A stretch of DNA of 64,000 bases from Deltaproteobacteria bacterium (GTDB taxonomy: Bacteria; Myxococcota; Kuafuiibacteriia; Kuafuiibacteriales; Kuafuiibacteriaceae): assembly GCA_040218735.1 (NCBI GenBank), contig JAVJQW010000006.1, positions 64,001 through 128,000 on the forward strand. Direction: 5' to 3'. Positions 48,565 to 58,770 of the stretch are shown here, piece by piece (within the stretch, counting starts at the first letter, position 1; each line of letters starts with the position of its first letter). The position numbers and the translations under genes are program-made. The notes under the pieces were generated by a model, which worked only from the letters and a program-made list of their open reading frames with translations, ran no database searches and was not told the DNA's origin.

Positions 48565-48740
48565 GCGCAGCCGCGTCCGCCGAGCCCATCGGCGTTCGTG
48601 GAGCGGCTCCCGTTCGAAGAACCCATAGGCGTTCCCTGAGCGCGTCCGTGTTCGCAGAACCCGTCGTCAAGCGGCTCCCCGTTCGTCGAGCGCCTCCGTC
48701 CGCGACCTTCAGACGCGCGCAGCGCGACGCGCGCCGACGC

Positions 48741-50678
48741 CTAACGTCGCGCCTTCCGGACCTCGCCGATCCTCGCCGTCACGCCGCGTTTGTCGAGCGA
48801 CTCCAGGAACGGGATCAGATACTTCCGCGAGATCCCCAGCAGCGCCTTCGCCTGCGCCGTCGTGATCCCGTCCTCCGCCGCGATGTGCGCGAGCACCTTC
48901 TGCGTCGCGTCTTCGTAGACCGACGCCGCGAAGTACAACCCACCGCCCGCGTGCACGATCTTCTTCGTGCGGGTGAGCGCCGCGAGCAGCTCCTTGGTCT
49001 GTGCCGCGTCCAGCGACGCCGCCGCGCCGAGCGCGGAGGGCGCGGGCGGCTCGAGGCCCGCGGCCGCGAGGGTGTCGAGGACCTTCTCCTGCGCGGCGCC
49101 GCCGAGGTCCACCGCCGCGCGGTGCGACGGTAGCCGCACGCCCTCGCGATCCTCCGCGAGGCGCTTCGACTTCATCATCTGGCGCACCGTGTGGTCGACG
49201 ATGCTCGTGGGGATCGTGCGACCGAGCCGCGTCGACAGCTCCGCGACCGACACGCCGGAGCGAAACGGGAACTCCTTGTGGTACGCCGCGCAGACCGCTT
49301 CGATGCGCGTCGCCAGCTCGTCGACGGCCTCCCCGGAGACCAGACGATCCTGCACGCGCGCGATCGTCCCCTTCGCCGCCTTCTCACAGACCTTCGTGGA
49401 GTGTCCGAGGCGCCGCGACAGATCCGACAGCTCCGCGCCCGCCGGGCCGCGCTCCTTCACGAGGCCGTCGAGCGCATTCACGAGGCGCTCGTCCTTCGGC
49501 CCCTTCTCGACCAGCGCGTTCAACGCCTGCACCAGCGCGATCGACTCCGGCGCCTTGCGCCGACGACGCGCCGGGTTCGGATCGAGCACCACGCCGCCCG
49601 CGATCGTGCGGCCCGCGGAGCGCACCGCCTCGAACCCACGCGCGATGAACCGCATGCCCGGGAGCGTCGCGATCGGCTCGGCGAGGCGCAGCGTCGCGTA
49701 CCCCGTCGAGCCCGGCTCCAGTGCGTCCTGCGCGAACAGCGTGATGCCCGCTTCGACGAGCGACGTGCCCGTGTGCAGGAGGATCTTCGCGCCCGTCTTC
49801 AGCTTCTTCTTGCGGCTCCTCAGGTACGTGAGCCGCACCGTGAGTTTCTTGGTCGGCACCGCCGCGCCGCGCGACACGAGGTTCTGCCCGATGCGGAGCT
49901 GCTCGAGGTCGACGCCCTGCAGGTTAACCGCCGTGCGCTGCCCGCCGAACGCGCGCTCCTCCGCCGCGCCGAACACCTGGATGCCTCGCACGCGTGCGCC
50001 CTTGTCGATCGTGTGGCCGGGGATGGGCGGGAGCACGTCGACGGTGTCGCCGACCGCGAGCGCGCCGCGCAGCAGCGTCCCGGTGATCACACTCCCGAAC
50101 CCCTTCATCGAGAAGACACGATCCACCGGCAGCAACATCGGGCCCGAACGATCCGTGTCGACGACGCTCGACACCGCCTCGGTCAACGCCGCCTTCACCG
50201 CGTCGATGCCTTCGCCGGTCGTCGCGGAGCAGGGCACGATCGGCGCGTCCTCCAGGAACGTGCCCTCGACCTCGGTCTTCACGTCATCGATCGCCAGCTC
50301 GTACAGCTCGCCGGCGCGATCGATCTTCGTCAGCGCGACGACCCCGCGCTTCACGCCGAGGAGCTGACAGATCTCCAGGTGCTCGCGCGTCTGCGGCATC
50401 ACACCTTCGTCGGCGGCGACGACCAGGAGCACCACGTCGATGCCGCCGGCGCCCGCGACCATGTTCTTCACGAAGCGCTCGTGACCGGGCACGTCGATCA
50501 CTCCGACCCGACGACCGTCCGCGAGGGTGAGCGGCGCGAAGCCCAGCACGATCGTGATGCCGCGCTTCTTCTCTTCGGGGAGCCGGTCGGTGTCGACGCC
50601 GGTGAGCGCTTGGATCAGCGTGGTCTTGCCGTGGTCGATGTGCCCCGCGGTCCCGACGATCACGTGCGGATCACTCAC
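48741..50678 (-). CDS. selB: Selenocysteine-specific elongation factor
   Basis: [24 protein letters not shown] and DVPGHERF; C-terminal winged helix [12 protein letters not shown]. Confidence 0.95.
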   Translation of the reverse strand: MSDPHVIVGTAGHIDHGKTTLIQALTGVDTDRLPEEKKRGITIVLGFAPLTLADGRRVGVIDVPGHERFVKNMVAGAGGIDVVLLVVAADEGVMPQTREHLEICQLLGVKRGVVALTKIDRAGELYELAIDDVKTEVEGTFLEDAPIVPCSATTGEGIDAVKAALTEAVSSVVDTDRSGPMLLPVDRVFSMKGFGSVITGTLLRGALAVGDTVDVLPPIPGHTIDKGARVRGIQVFGAAEERAFGGQRTAVNLQGVDLEQLRIGQNLVSRGAAVPTKKLTVRLTYLRSRKKKLKTGAKILLHTGTSLVEAGITLFAQDALEPGSTGYATLRLAEPIATLPGMRFIARGFEAVRSAGRTIAGGVVLDPNPARRRRKAPESIALVQALNALVEKGPKDERLVNALDGLVKERGPAGAELSDLSRRLGHSTKVCEKAAKGTIARVQDRLVSGEAVDELATRIEAVCAAYHKEFPFRSGVSVAELSTRLGRTIPTSIVDHTVRQMMKSKRLAEDREGVRLPSHRAAVDLGGAAQEKVLDTLAAAGLEPPAPSALGAAASLDAAQTKELLAALTRTKKIVHAGGGLYFAASVYEDATQKVLAHIAAEDGITTAQAKALLGISRKYLIPFLESLDKRGVTARIGEVRKARR

Positions 50679-50773
50679 GCGGGCGACGTATCACCGAACG
50701 TATACGAACCGAAAGCCGAGGTGAGGCCTCGCACGCCCTTGCGGCGCCCGTCGAGCGGACGGATCCTGCGTTC

Positions 50774-53614
50774 GTGCGCGTCCGCCCCGTCCTCGTCCTG
50801 CCGCTCCTCTTCGCCTGTTCGTCCGCCGAGGATCCGCCGAAGGGGCCGCCGCCGCCGGTGCAGGAGCTGGGGTCTCCCGCGCTCGCCTACGAGGGCGCCG
50901 CGCCGACCGAGATCGAGCTGGGGCCGCGGCCGTCCGGGAGCACCTTGGGCCTCGACGTCGTCGTGACGAACGTCGGCGCGGGGCCGCTGACGATCGCCGG
51001 CGTCGATCCGTCCGCCGACTTCGATGCCCGCATCGACGCCGGCGGCCAACAGACCGTGACCGTCGAGCTCACGTTCGACGATCTGCAGACGCAAGAACGA
51101 CAGATCACGTTCACGTTCGAGGACAGCGACATCGAACGCCTCACCTTCACGGTGCGCTGGTCGATCCGGACCGAGACGATCTCGATCGCGCCGCCCTCGG
51201 AGCTGTCTTCCCTCGGGGGCCTCGCGTTCACGCCGAAGCCCGGGCTCGACAGCACGCTCTCGCGGCTCGTCGACGCGCGCCCGGAGGAGTTCCCGCCCGA
51301 CGTCACCGTCATCGACGGGCGCGTGCAGTTCTCGGTGCAGGTCGCGCCGTCCACCGTCGCGATCGCGGTGACCGCGCTCGAGGGCGCGGGCGCCGAGGTC
51401 ACCTCCAGCGACGACACCTTCGGGCTCATCCAAGCGTGGGCGCCGATCGATGACCTCGAGACGATCGCGGCGCTCGAAGTCGTCCCGCGCGTGACGAACC
51501 CACCGCGCGCGGTGCCGGCGCTCGCCTCCGCGCTCCTCGAGATGGACGTCGCGCCCTGGCACGGCGCGGGCTTCGACGGCCGCGACGTGCGCGTTGGCAT
51601 CATCGACGTGGGCTTCGCCGGCTTCGATGCGTTGGTCGGCGAGCAGCTCCCCTCGGGCGTCGAGTTCATGAACTTCGTCGACGAGGCACCGAACCCGAAC
51701 GTCCCGTTCAGCGCGTCGAACCACGGGACGGCGGTCGCCGAGATCGTCCACGGTGCGGCGCCGGGCGCCGAGCTCTACCTCGCGGAGATCAGCCGCCTCC
51801 CGGATCTCGTCGAGGCCGTGAACTGGTTCCTCGCGAACGACATCCACGTCATCAACACGTCGCTCGAGTTCTTCAACGTCGGCCCGGGCGACGGCAGCGG
51901 GATCGTGAACGACATCGTCGCGGTCGTCGCGGACGCCGGCGTCGTGTGGGTCACCGCCGCCGGCAACCAACGCCGCACGCACTGGTTCGGCGCCGCCACG
52001 TTCGACGCGATGGACCGGATGATCTTCCCCGGCTCCGCGAACCAACCGGTGAACTACCTGCCGTACTGCCTACCGATGAACTACCCGATCACCGGTTACC
52101 TGCGGTGGAGCGACTGGGGGAACGTCGACCAGGACCTCGACCTGCACGTGGTGAAGGTCGAGCAGAACGGGACGCTGACGTTCGTCGCGTCGTCGTCGGA
52201 TCCGCAGAACGGTGGCGCCGGGCAGACGCCGACCGAAACCTTGAGCTGGGCCGTCGACGATCCGTGCGTCGGGAGCTGGCCGCTCTACGGGTTCGCGGTG
52301 ACTCGCGGCGGGGCGACCGGCGCCCTCGACGTGGAGCTGTTCTCGCTCGGGCTCGAGGTCGCGACGCAGGTGTTCACCCAGTCGATCACCACGCCCGGCG
52401 ACAGCCCGCGCGCGATCTCCGTCGCGGCCGTCGAGCCGTTCCCGCCGTACACCGTCGCGTTCTACTCCGCCGAGGGACCGACGCACGGCCCGGGCGGCGT
52501 GATGGGCGGCGGCTTCGGAAAACCGGACATCTCGGCGTACACCGACATCAACCTCGTCTCGACGGGCGCGACGCTCTTCAACGGCACCTCCGCCGCGGCG
52601 CCGTTCGTTGCGGGTGCGGCCGCGGACGTGTTGAGCGCCGACGGTGACCTGTCGCCGGCCGAGGTCCGCGGGCTCCTCGTCGAGTGGGCGCCCACGCTCG
52701 GCCAGCCCGCGCGCCACGGCGCGGGGCGTGTCGTCATGGGGCCGCTGCTCGTCCCGCTCGGCGCGCCGTCGATCGTCGGCCCGGCCGACGCGACCGCGTG
52801 GGCGACGAACGAGCTCCGCGCGCAGGTCGGTCCGATGAACGCGACCGCGCCCATCACCTACCTGTGGTCCGCGACCGGTAACCCGGACGTGATGCCCGGC
52901 GCGACGCCAGACATCGTTCACTACCGCTGGACCGAGGCCGGCACACACACCGTCACGTTGCGCGTGAACAACCCGGGGAGCGCCGAACAGATCACCACCT
53001 CGCAGGTCGTGGTGACCGGCCTGAGCGCGGGGATCGGCGTGGGCTCCTGCGCCGACGGCATCTTCGGCCTCGACGTCACGCTGGACGGCACCACCGCCGG
53101 CACGAACTACGGCGTCTACCACTCCACCGATCTGCAGACGTGGGCGGTGTCCTCCGTCGGCGTTACCGGCGCGGGCAGCAGCACCGTGTTCACCGACTGC
53201 GGCGGTCCGGGCTGGGACCCCGACGCGGGCGGACAGGCGTTCTACCGCGGCGCGGTCGAGGACGATCCGGACGGCGACGGGCTCGGCACCGGCTACGAGA
53301 TCACGATCCTCGGCACCGACCCGCTGCTCGCGGACACCGACGGCAACGGCACCGACGACGGGGACGAGGACTTCGACCTCGACGGCCTCGGCAACGGCGC
53401 CGAGCTCAACATGCCGGGCACGGTCTACTTCGACCCGTGCCGCGCGGGCACGTCGGACCCGAACGCGATGGACTCCGACGGCGACGGCACGAACGACGAC
53501 GCCGACGCGTTCCCGCTCGACCCCGCGGCGTTCGCCGACGCGGACTGCAACGGGCAGTCGGACGTCCCGCTCATGGGGGCGTCGACCAGCCGGCCGCCCG
53601 TCACTGCGCAGTGA
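50774..53614 (+). CDS. Subtilisin-family (S8) lipoprotein peptidase with PKD-like and D-rich Ca-binding repeats
   Basis: Triad motifs GIIDVG, HGTAVA and GTSAAAP; AAGN; DTDGNG/DSDGDG repeats; lipobox LFAC. Confidence 0.88.
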   Translation: MRVRPVLVLPLLFACSSAEDPPKGPPPPVQELGSPALAYEGAAPTEIELGPRPSGSTLGLDVVVTNVGAGPLTIAGVDPSADFDARIDAGGQQTVTVELTFDDLQTQERQITFTFEDSDIERLTFTVRWSIRTETISIAPPSELSSLGGLAFTPKPGLDSTLSRLVDARPEEFPPDVTVIDGRVQFSVQVAPSTVAIAVTALEGAGAEVTSSDDTFGLIQAWAPIDDLETIAALEVVPRVTNPPRAVPALASALLEMDVAPWHGAGFDGRDVRVGIIDVGFAGFDALVGEQLPSGVEFMNFVDEAPNPNVPFSASNHGTAVAEIVHGAAPGAELYLAEISRLPDLVEAVNWFLANDIHVINTSLEFFNVGPGDGSGIVNDIVAVVADAGVVWVTAAGNQRRTHWFGAATFDAMDRMIFPGSANQPVNYLPYCLPMNYPITGYLRWSDWGNVDQDLDLHVVKVEQNGTLTFVASSSDPQNGGAGQTPTETLSWAVDDPCVGSWPLYGFAVTRGGATGALDVELFSLGLEVATQVFTQSITTPGDSPRAISVAAVEPFPPYTVAFYSAEGPTHGPGGVMGGGFGKPDISAYTDINLVSTGATLFNGTSAAAPFVAGAAADVLSADGDLSPAEVRGLLVEWAPTLGQPARHGAGRVVMGPLLVPLGAPSIVGPADATAWATNELRAQVGPMNATAPITYLWSATGNPDVMPGATPDIVHYRWTEAGTHTVTLRVNNPGSAEQITTSQVVVTGLSAGIGVGSCADGIFGLDVTLDGTTAGTNYGVYHSTDLQTWAVSSVGVTGAGSSTVFTDCGGPGWDPDAGGQAFYRGAVEDDPDGDGLGTGYEITILGTDPLLADTDGNGTDDGDEDFDLDGLGNGAELNMPGTVYFDPCRAGTSDPNAMDSDGDGTNDDADAFPLDPAAFADADCNGQSDVPLMGASTSRPPVTAQ

Positions 53615-54548
53615 GGCGGACCTTCGTCATCTTCGTCTCGTCGAGCTGCGAGTACATCCGAACCAGCTTGCCCGTCGCGTCGACGTCGAAGCTCATCGCG
53701 ATGTAGGTCGCGTGGCCTTCGCGCTCCGCGAAGCGCGCGACGAACCCCGCGGCGCCGTTGAGCACCCGCGGCTCGAACCAGACCGGCGCGCCGCGCTTCG
53801 CGGTGATGCCGACGAGGTACTTCGCGACGCGCTCGGCGCCGATCACCGGACGGTGCGCCGCGCGGTACCGTCCGCCGCCGTCGGAGCGCGCGACGACGTC
53901 CGCGGCGAGGAGCGCCTCGACGCCTTCGATGTCCCCCGCGACGAGGTGTGAGAACAGCGCCATCATCGCGTGCTGGGCGTCCTCCATCGGGCCGCTCTTG
54001 GGCGCGTCGTCGTACGTCGCCATCTGGCGGCGCGCGCGGTGCAGCGTCGTCTTGACGTTGGCTTCGCTCATGTCGAGCGCCGTCGCGGTCTCCTTCACCG
54101 AGTAGTCGAAGACGTCACGCAGCAGCAGCACCGCCCGCGCCGTGGGGCGCAGCGCCTCGAGCGCGACGAGGAACGCGATCGACACACTCTCCAGCAGGTC
54201 GTAGCGCGCTTCGGTGTCGGCGCGCTCGACGTGCTCGGCGGGGGGCTCGTGCTCCAGCGCTTCGATCGGCTCCGGGAGCCAGTCACCGCCGTACTTCTTG
54301 CGGCGTCGTCGGCGGAGCCGGTCGCGCGAGAGGTTCATCGCCACGCGCACGAGCCACGGCCGCAACGTACGTTGCACGTCCTTCGGCGGGTTCGTGACGA
54401 GGCGCTCGAAGGTGTCCTGCATCAGATCGTCGGCGTCCGCGGACGAGCCGGTCATGCGGTAACACAGGCCCCACACGTGGCGGTGGTGGCGGGCGTACGC
54501 GGTGTCGAACGCTCCGTCCACGCGGTATCGATTCGCACTGGTCTGCAT
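53601..54548 (-). CDS. ECF sigma factor with SnoaL-like C-terminal domain (ECF41/SigJ-like)
   Basis: YRMTGS..ADD, YGGDWLPEP, RAVLLLRDVFDY and SDGGG. Confidence 0.88.
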   Translation of the reverse strand: MQTSANRYRVDGAFDTAYARHHRHVWGLCYRMTGSSADADDLMQDTFERLVTNPPKDVQRTLRPWLVRVAMNLSRDRLRRRRRKKYGGDWLPEPIEALEHEPPAEHVERADTEARYDLLESVSIAFLVALEALRPTARAVLLLRDVFDYSVKETATALDMSEANVKTTLHRARRQMATYDDAPKSGPMEDAQHAMMALFSHLVAGDIEGVEALLAADVVARSDGGGRYRAAHRPVIGAERVAKYLVGITAKRGAPVWFEPRVLNGAAGFVARFAEREGHATYIAMSFDVDATGKLVRMYSQLDETKMTKVRLTAQ

Positions 54549-54561
54549 CGCGTTCAACCCC

Positions 54562-55872
54562 TCATGCGACCGCACGCGTTCGTCGTGTCACCGCGTGCGC
54601 CGCGGCGGCGCGTCCGCTCGCGGCGGCGGCGTCGGCGAGCATCCCGGTCGGGCCGACCCAGTCTCCTGCGATCAGGAGCCCGTCGACCCCCGCGGCGTCG
54701 ACGTCCGGGCGACCGGCGAGGCCGCCGCGGTCGGCGTCGGGGGAGTCGGGGGTGACGACGAGGTTCGGCAGGAAGCGCTCGTGCACGACGACCTCGCGCC
54801 AGCCCGGCTGCATGCGGTCGAGCGTGCGCTCCAGCATCGCGCGGGTGCCCTCTGGCGTGTGGGTGTCGTCTGGTCCGAGGTACGCCGCGGCGTGCACCGT
54901 CGCGGCGCCGTGGGGCGCGACGTCGGCCCACACCGAGTGCACCGAGAAGTACGTGGGTTCGTCGAGGCCCAGCGCGAAGATCGCGCGCGGGTCGGGGAGG
55001 CGGGACAGCGCGACGTCGAGGCTCGCGGCGCGCACCGGCCGCGCGCGCGCGGCGATCGCGTCGAGGGCGGGGCAGGGGAACAGGCGCGCGCAGGTCGCCG
55101 GGTCGAGCGCGAGGATCACGCGGTCGGCGTGGGCGAGCTCTGCGTCGTCGTCGCGGTTCGGCGTCCGCACGCCCACGACGAACCCGTCCGCGCCGCGCTC
55201 GACGCGCTCCACGCGTGCGCCCGTCACCAGCTCGGCGCCGGCTTCGCGGGCGGCTTCGGCGAGGCCGTCGACGATCGCCGTCCACCCTCCGTCTACATAG
55301 TCGACCCCCGCATACGTGCCCGAGACGAGCTGGCCGAGGAGCGCGCCGGCGGAGAGGTGCGCGGGGTCGTCGGCGTAGGTCGTGAGGCGTGCGAGGGCGA
55401 GGGCGACACGGCGCGCGGAGTCGTCGGCGAACGTTTCGTCGAAGAAGCGCTGCACGGTGGTGCGGGCGAGGGCGTCGGCGTCGAACGACTTCATGCGCGC
55501 CATGAAGCGCGCGAGCTCGACCTTGCCGGCGAGCGTGAGCGCGCCGGTGGTGAGGAGCGAGGCGAAGCCGGTCACGGCGGTGTGGCGTGTGTCGGCGTCG
55601 AGGAAGAATCCGGTCGGAGCGACGCGGTGGGACCCGATCGCCACGTCGAGATCCTTCAGCGCTTCGGCGAGCGCGCCCGCGCGGTAGAGCGCGTGCGGTC
55701 CGAGGTTGAGCGCGTGCCCGGCGGCGTAGGTGGTGCGGGCGCGACCGCCCAGCGCGGTGCTCCGCTCCAGGAGGCGGACCTTCTGTCCCTCCCGGGCGAG
55801 CTGCGTGGCGGCGACGAGGCCGGCGAGGCCGCCGCCGACGATCAGGGTGTCGAAGCTGGTGTGGTCAGGCAT
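54562..55872 (-). CDS. FAD-dependent oxidoreductase (phytoene dehydrogenase/amine oxidase-like)
   Basis: IVGGGLAGL, LGGRA, NLGPHALY and AGDWVG. Confidence 0.85.
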   Translation of the reverse strand: MPDHTSFDTLIVGGGLAGLVAATQLAREGQKVRLLERSTALGGRARTTYAAGHALNLGPHALYRAGALAEALKDLDVAIGSHRVAPTGFFLDADTRHTAVTGFASLLTTGALTLAGKVELARFMARMKSFDADALARTTVQRFFDETFADDSARRVALALARLTTYADDPAHLSAGALLGQLVSGTYAGVDYVDGGWTAIVDGLAEAAREAGAELVTGARVERVERGADGFVVGVRTPNRDDDAELAHADRVILALDPATCARLFPCPALDAIAARARPVRAASLDVALSRLPDPRAIFALGLDEPTYFSVHSVWADVAPHGAATVHAAAYLGPDDTHTPEGTRAMLERTLDRMQPGWREVVVHERFLPNLVVTPDSPDADRGGLAGRPDVDAAGVDGLLIAGDWVGPTGMLADAAAASGRAAAAHAVTRRTRAVA

Positions 55873-55896
55873 GGTTTGGTTCCTTTCACCCGAGCC

Positions 55897-55923
55897 CACG
55901 CTGTTTCTTCGCCGGGGGTTACA
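55897..55923 (-). promoter_or_regulatory. Putative ECF41-type promoter for the oxidoreductase-sigma operon
   Basis: Minus strand TGTAACC-N16-CGTG resembles the ECF41 consensus TGTCACA-N16-CGTC. Confidence 0.6.
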
Positions 55924-55994
55924 GCCTGACGCACCACGTCGTTCGGATTTCACTCCGCCCGATAAACGGCGAGGCCTGCTATGCTCCCGCCGCG

Positions 55995-56945
55995 ATGCCT
56001 CGGTGCCCCCACTGCACGCACGAGTTCGCCATCAGCGAAGGCTTCAAGTGTCCGTCGTGTGGCGAGGACTACCGGAGCGCCGGCTCCAGCAAACCCGCGC
56101 ACCTCGCGGTGCTCGAAGGCGACGCAGCGCCGGAGGCGAAGCCGCGGCTGGTCTCTTCGGCGGGCCCGTCCGTCCCGGTCCGCGCGCGGCAGAACGACAG
56201 CGTCCCGAACGGCTGGATGGCGCGCTTGGAGGCGGCGCGGGTGACGGCGTCGAACGCGCCGCAGCCCACGTCGGGGGCGCCGGCCCCTGCGCCGGCCGCG
56301 CCGGCCAAGCCTCCGCCCCCGGCGGCCGCGCCGCCGCCGTTGCGCAAGTCGAAGAAGAACGGCCTGGAGGGCAAGCCGGCGCACCTGCTGGTGGCCCAGC
56401 TCGAGCAGGAGGAGACGAAGCGCCGCGCCGCGGAAGCGGAGCGGATTCAGGAGCTGTTCACGACGGAGAGCACCGACGAGATCTCCAGCGTTCAGGTCGA
56501 GGTGCCCGTCGAGGCGCGCACGAAGAAGAAGAAGATCCCCGATTGGCTGATCGGACTGATCGTCGTCGCGGTCGTCGCGGTCGGCGGGCTCGTCGCCTAC
56601 AACACCGTCGAGGACGCGCCCGAGCCGACCGTCACCGTGGACCCCGAGCTCGCGGCGGCGGTCGAGAAGCGCCGTGAGGCGATGTCGGAGCTCGAGGAGG
56701 GGCACGTCCAGGTCCTGCAGGGCGAGAAGGGCGCGAAGAAGGCGATCGAGCACTACCAGCGGGCGCTGAAGCTGGAGCCGACGTTGGCGAAGGCGGAGCG
56801 TGGCCTCGCGAGCGCGCACGCGGCCTTGAACGACAAAGCCACCGCGGTGGAGCACTACCGGCGCTATCTCGAGATGGAGCCGGACGCGAAGGACGCGGCC
56901 GAAGTGCGCGAGATCATCGACCGGTACGAGAAGCGCAACAAGTAG
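55995..56945 (+). CDS. Zinc-ribbon/TM/TPR protein
   Basis: CPHC..CPSC, a TM segment and a C-terminal TPR (YRRYLEMEP). Confidence 0.75.
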   Translation: MPRCPHCTHEFAISEGFKCPSCGEDYRSAGSSKPAHLAVLEGDAAPEAKPRLVSSAGPSVPVRARQNDSVPNGWMARLEAARVTASNAPQPTSGAPAPAPAAPAKPPPPAAAPPPLRKSKKNGLEGKPAHLLVAQLEQEETKRRAAEAERIQELFTTESTDEISSVQVEVPVEARTKKKKIPDWLIGLIVVAVVAVGGLVAYNTVEDAPEPTVTVDPELAAAVEKRREAMSELEEGHVQVLQGEKGAKKAIEHYQRALKLEPTLAKAERGLASAHAALNDKATAVEHYRRYLEMEPDAKDAAEVREIIDRYEKRNK

Positions 56946-56997
56946 GGGCGGCGGGGTTCAATCGACTTCCAACGGGTGCTACGACAAGCGCCCGGCC

Positions 56998-58317
56998 ATG
57001 AGCATCACCGAACAAGTCCTCGAAAAGATCGAAAAGCGCGAAGCCACGATCGGCGTGTGCGGCCTCGGCTACGTGGGGCTCCCGCTGATCGGCGCCTTCC
57101 GGCGCGCGGGGTTCACGGTCTACGGATTCGACATCGACGACAAGAAGGTCGACGCCCTCGAGAAGGGTGAGTCGTATATCAAACACATCGACTTCGAGAA
57201 GCTGCGCGTCGCGATCGAGGAGAAGAAGTTCATCCCGACGACCGACTTCGGTCGCATCGGGGAGCCGGACGTCATCCTCATCGCGGTGCCGACGCCGCTG
57301 ACGAAGACCCGCGAGCCGGATCTGACGGCGGTCGAAGGGACGTGCCGGGCGATCGCTTCGGGGCTGCGCGAAGGGCAGCTCGTGGTGCTGGAGTCGACGA
57401 CCTATCCGCTGACGACGGTCGAGGTGTGCAAGCCGATCCTCGAGGAGAGCGGGCTGTCGGCGGGGAAGGACTTCTTCCTCGCGTACTCGCCGGAGCGCGA
57501 GGATCCGGGCAACCCGCACTTCGAGACGAGCACGATCCCGAAGGTGGTCGGCGGGCACGACCCCGATTCGATGCGGGTCGCGGAGGCGGTCTACGCGTCG
57601 ATCATCGAGCGGGTGGTGCCGGTGTCGTCGATGGCGGCGGCGGAGCTGACGAAGATCTTCGAGAACACGTTCCGCGCGGTGAACATCGCGTTGGTCAACG
57701 AGCTGAAGATGATGTGCCTCCGGATGGGTATCGACGTCTGGGAGGTCATCGACGCGGCGGCGACGAAGCCGTTCGGGTTCATGCCGTTCTATCCGGGCCC
57801 GGGGCTCGGCGGGCACTGCATTCCGATCGACCCGTTCTACCTGACGTGGAAGGCGCGTGAGTACGACTTCTCGACGCGCTTCATCGAGCTCGCGGGTGAG
57901 ATCAACACGCGGATGCCGTACCACGTGGTCGACGGGGTGATGACGCACCTCAACGAGATCGGCATCGCGCTGAACGGCGCGCACGTGTTGGTGCTCGGCA
58001 TCGCGTACAAGAAGAACGTCGACGACCTGCGTGAGTCGCCGTCGTTGAAGATCATCGATCTGTTGAAGGACTCGGGCGCGAAGGTCCTCTACAACGACCC
58101 GCACTGCCCGGTGATGAAGCGGACGCGCCACTTCGACCTCGGGATGCAGTCGGTGGAGCTGACGCCCGAGCTGCTCGCGTCGCAGGACGCGGTGTTGGTG
58201 CTGACGGCGCACGACGCGTACGACTGGGACTTCATCACCGAGTACGCGACGCTCCTGATCGACACGCGGAACGCGACGAAGTTCGCGAAGAAGCGCGAGA
58301 ACATTCGGAAGCTGTAG
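56998..58317 (+). CDS. Nucleotide-sugar dehydrogenase (UDP-GlcNAc 6-dehydrogenase, WbpA-like)
   Basis: GLGYVGLP, VPTP, ESTTYP, SPEREDPGN, GGHCIPIDP and DLRESP. Confidence 0.9.
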   Translation: MSITEQVLEKIEKREATIGVCGLGYVGLPLIGAFRRAGFTVYGFDIDDKKVDALEKGESYIKHIDFEKLRVAIEEKKFIPTTDFGRIGEPDVILIAVPTPLTKTREPDLTAVEGTCRAIASGLREGQLVVLESTTYPLTTVEVCKPILEESGLSAGKDFFLAYSPEREDPGNPHFETSTIPKVVGGHDPDSMRVAEAVYASIIERVVPVSSMAAAELTKIFENTFRAVNIALVNELKMMCLRMGIDVWEVIDAAATKPFGFMPFYPGPGLGGHCIPIDPFYLTWKAREYDFSTRFIELAGEINTRMPYHVVDGVMTHLNEIGIALNGAHVLVLGIAYKKNVDDLRESPSLKIIDLLKDSGAKVLYNDPHCPVMKRTRHFDLGMQSVELTPELLASQDAVLVLTAHDAYDWDFITEYATLLIDTRNATKFAKKRENIRKL

Positions 58318-58346
58318 CTCCCGGTTCCCGCCGGGTGCGAGCAGGG

Positions 58347-58646
58347 ATGAAAGCCAAGACCCCACCCGCAAAACACGCGACGGTCTTCGTGTGCCACGAG
58401 TGCGACGGCAAGAAGCCCCGCCCCAAGACGGTGCGCGCGTTCCTCAAGGCCGGCGTCAAAGCCGGCGGCGCGAAGCGCTCCCTGCGCGTAGTGGAGTCCG
58501 AGTGCCTCGACCTGTGCCCGAAGCGCGCGGTCGCGGTGTGCATCGCGCGCACGGCGTCGGGAGCGACGTTTCACGAGCTGGAGGACGACGACGCGATGAA
58601 GACGTTGTTGTCGAGCTTGCTGGAAGAGGTCCGGCGGCCGGGTTGA
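58347..58646 (+). CDS. Thioredoxin-like (2Fe-2S) ferredoxin-domain protein
   Basis: VFVCHEC and ECLDLCP. Confidence 0.6.
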   Translation: MKAKTPPAKHATVFVCHECDGKKPRPKTVRAFLKAGVKAGGAKRSLRVVESECLDLCPKRAVAVCIARTASGATFHELEDDDAMKTLLSSLLEEVRRPG

Positions 58647-58673
58647 GGCCGAACCTCACCGCGTGTCACCCGT
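58638..58673. repeat. 36-bp direct repeat, copy 1 (extended imperfect copy from 58597)
   Basis: CCGGGTTGAGGCCGAACCTCACCGCGTGTCACCCGT is identical to 59497-59532. Confidence 0.9.
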
Positions 58674-58770
58674 TTGGGACGTTGGCCGGCGGCCGCCGAC
58701 CCGGATGTCTGTGGCGTGCGGGACTGAGTCGACCCGAGCCCGACGGCATGCGACGGTCCGCCGCACGGAC

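Noticed and set aside
48555-48692. Mini-CRISPR interpretation of ~37-nt spaced repeats
   Set aside because: The units are only about 13 nt, degenerate and irregularly spaced.
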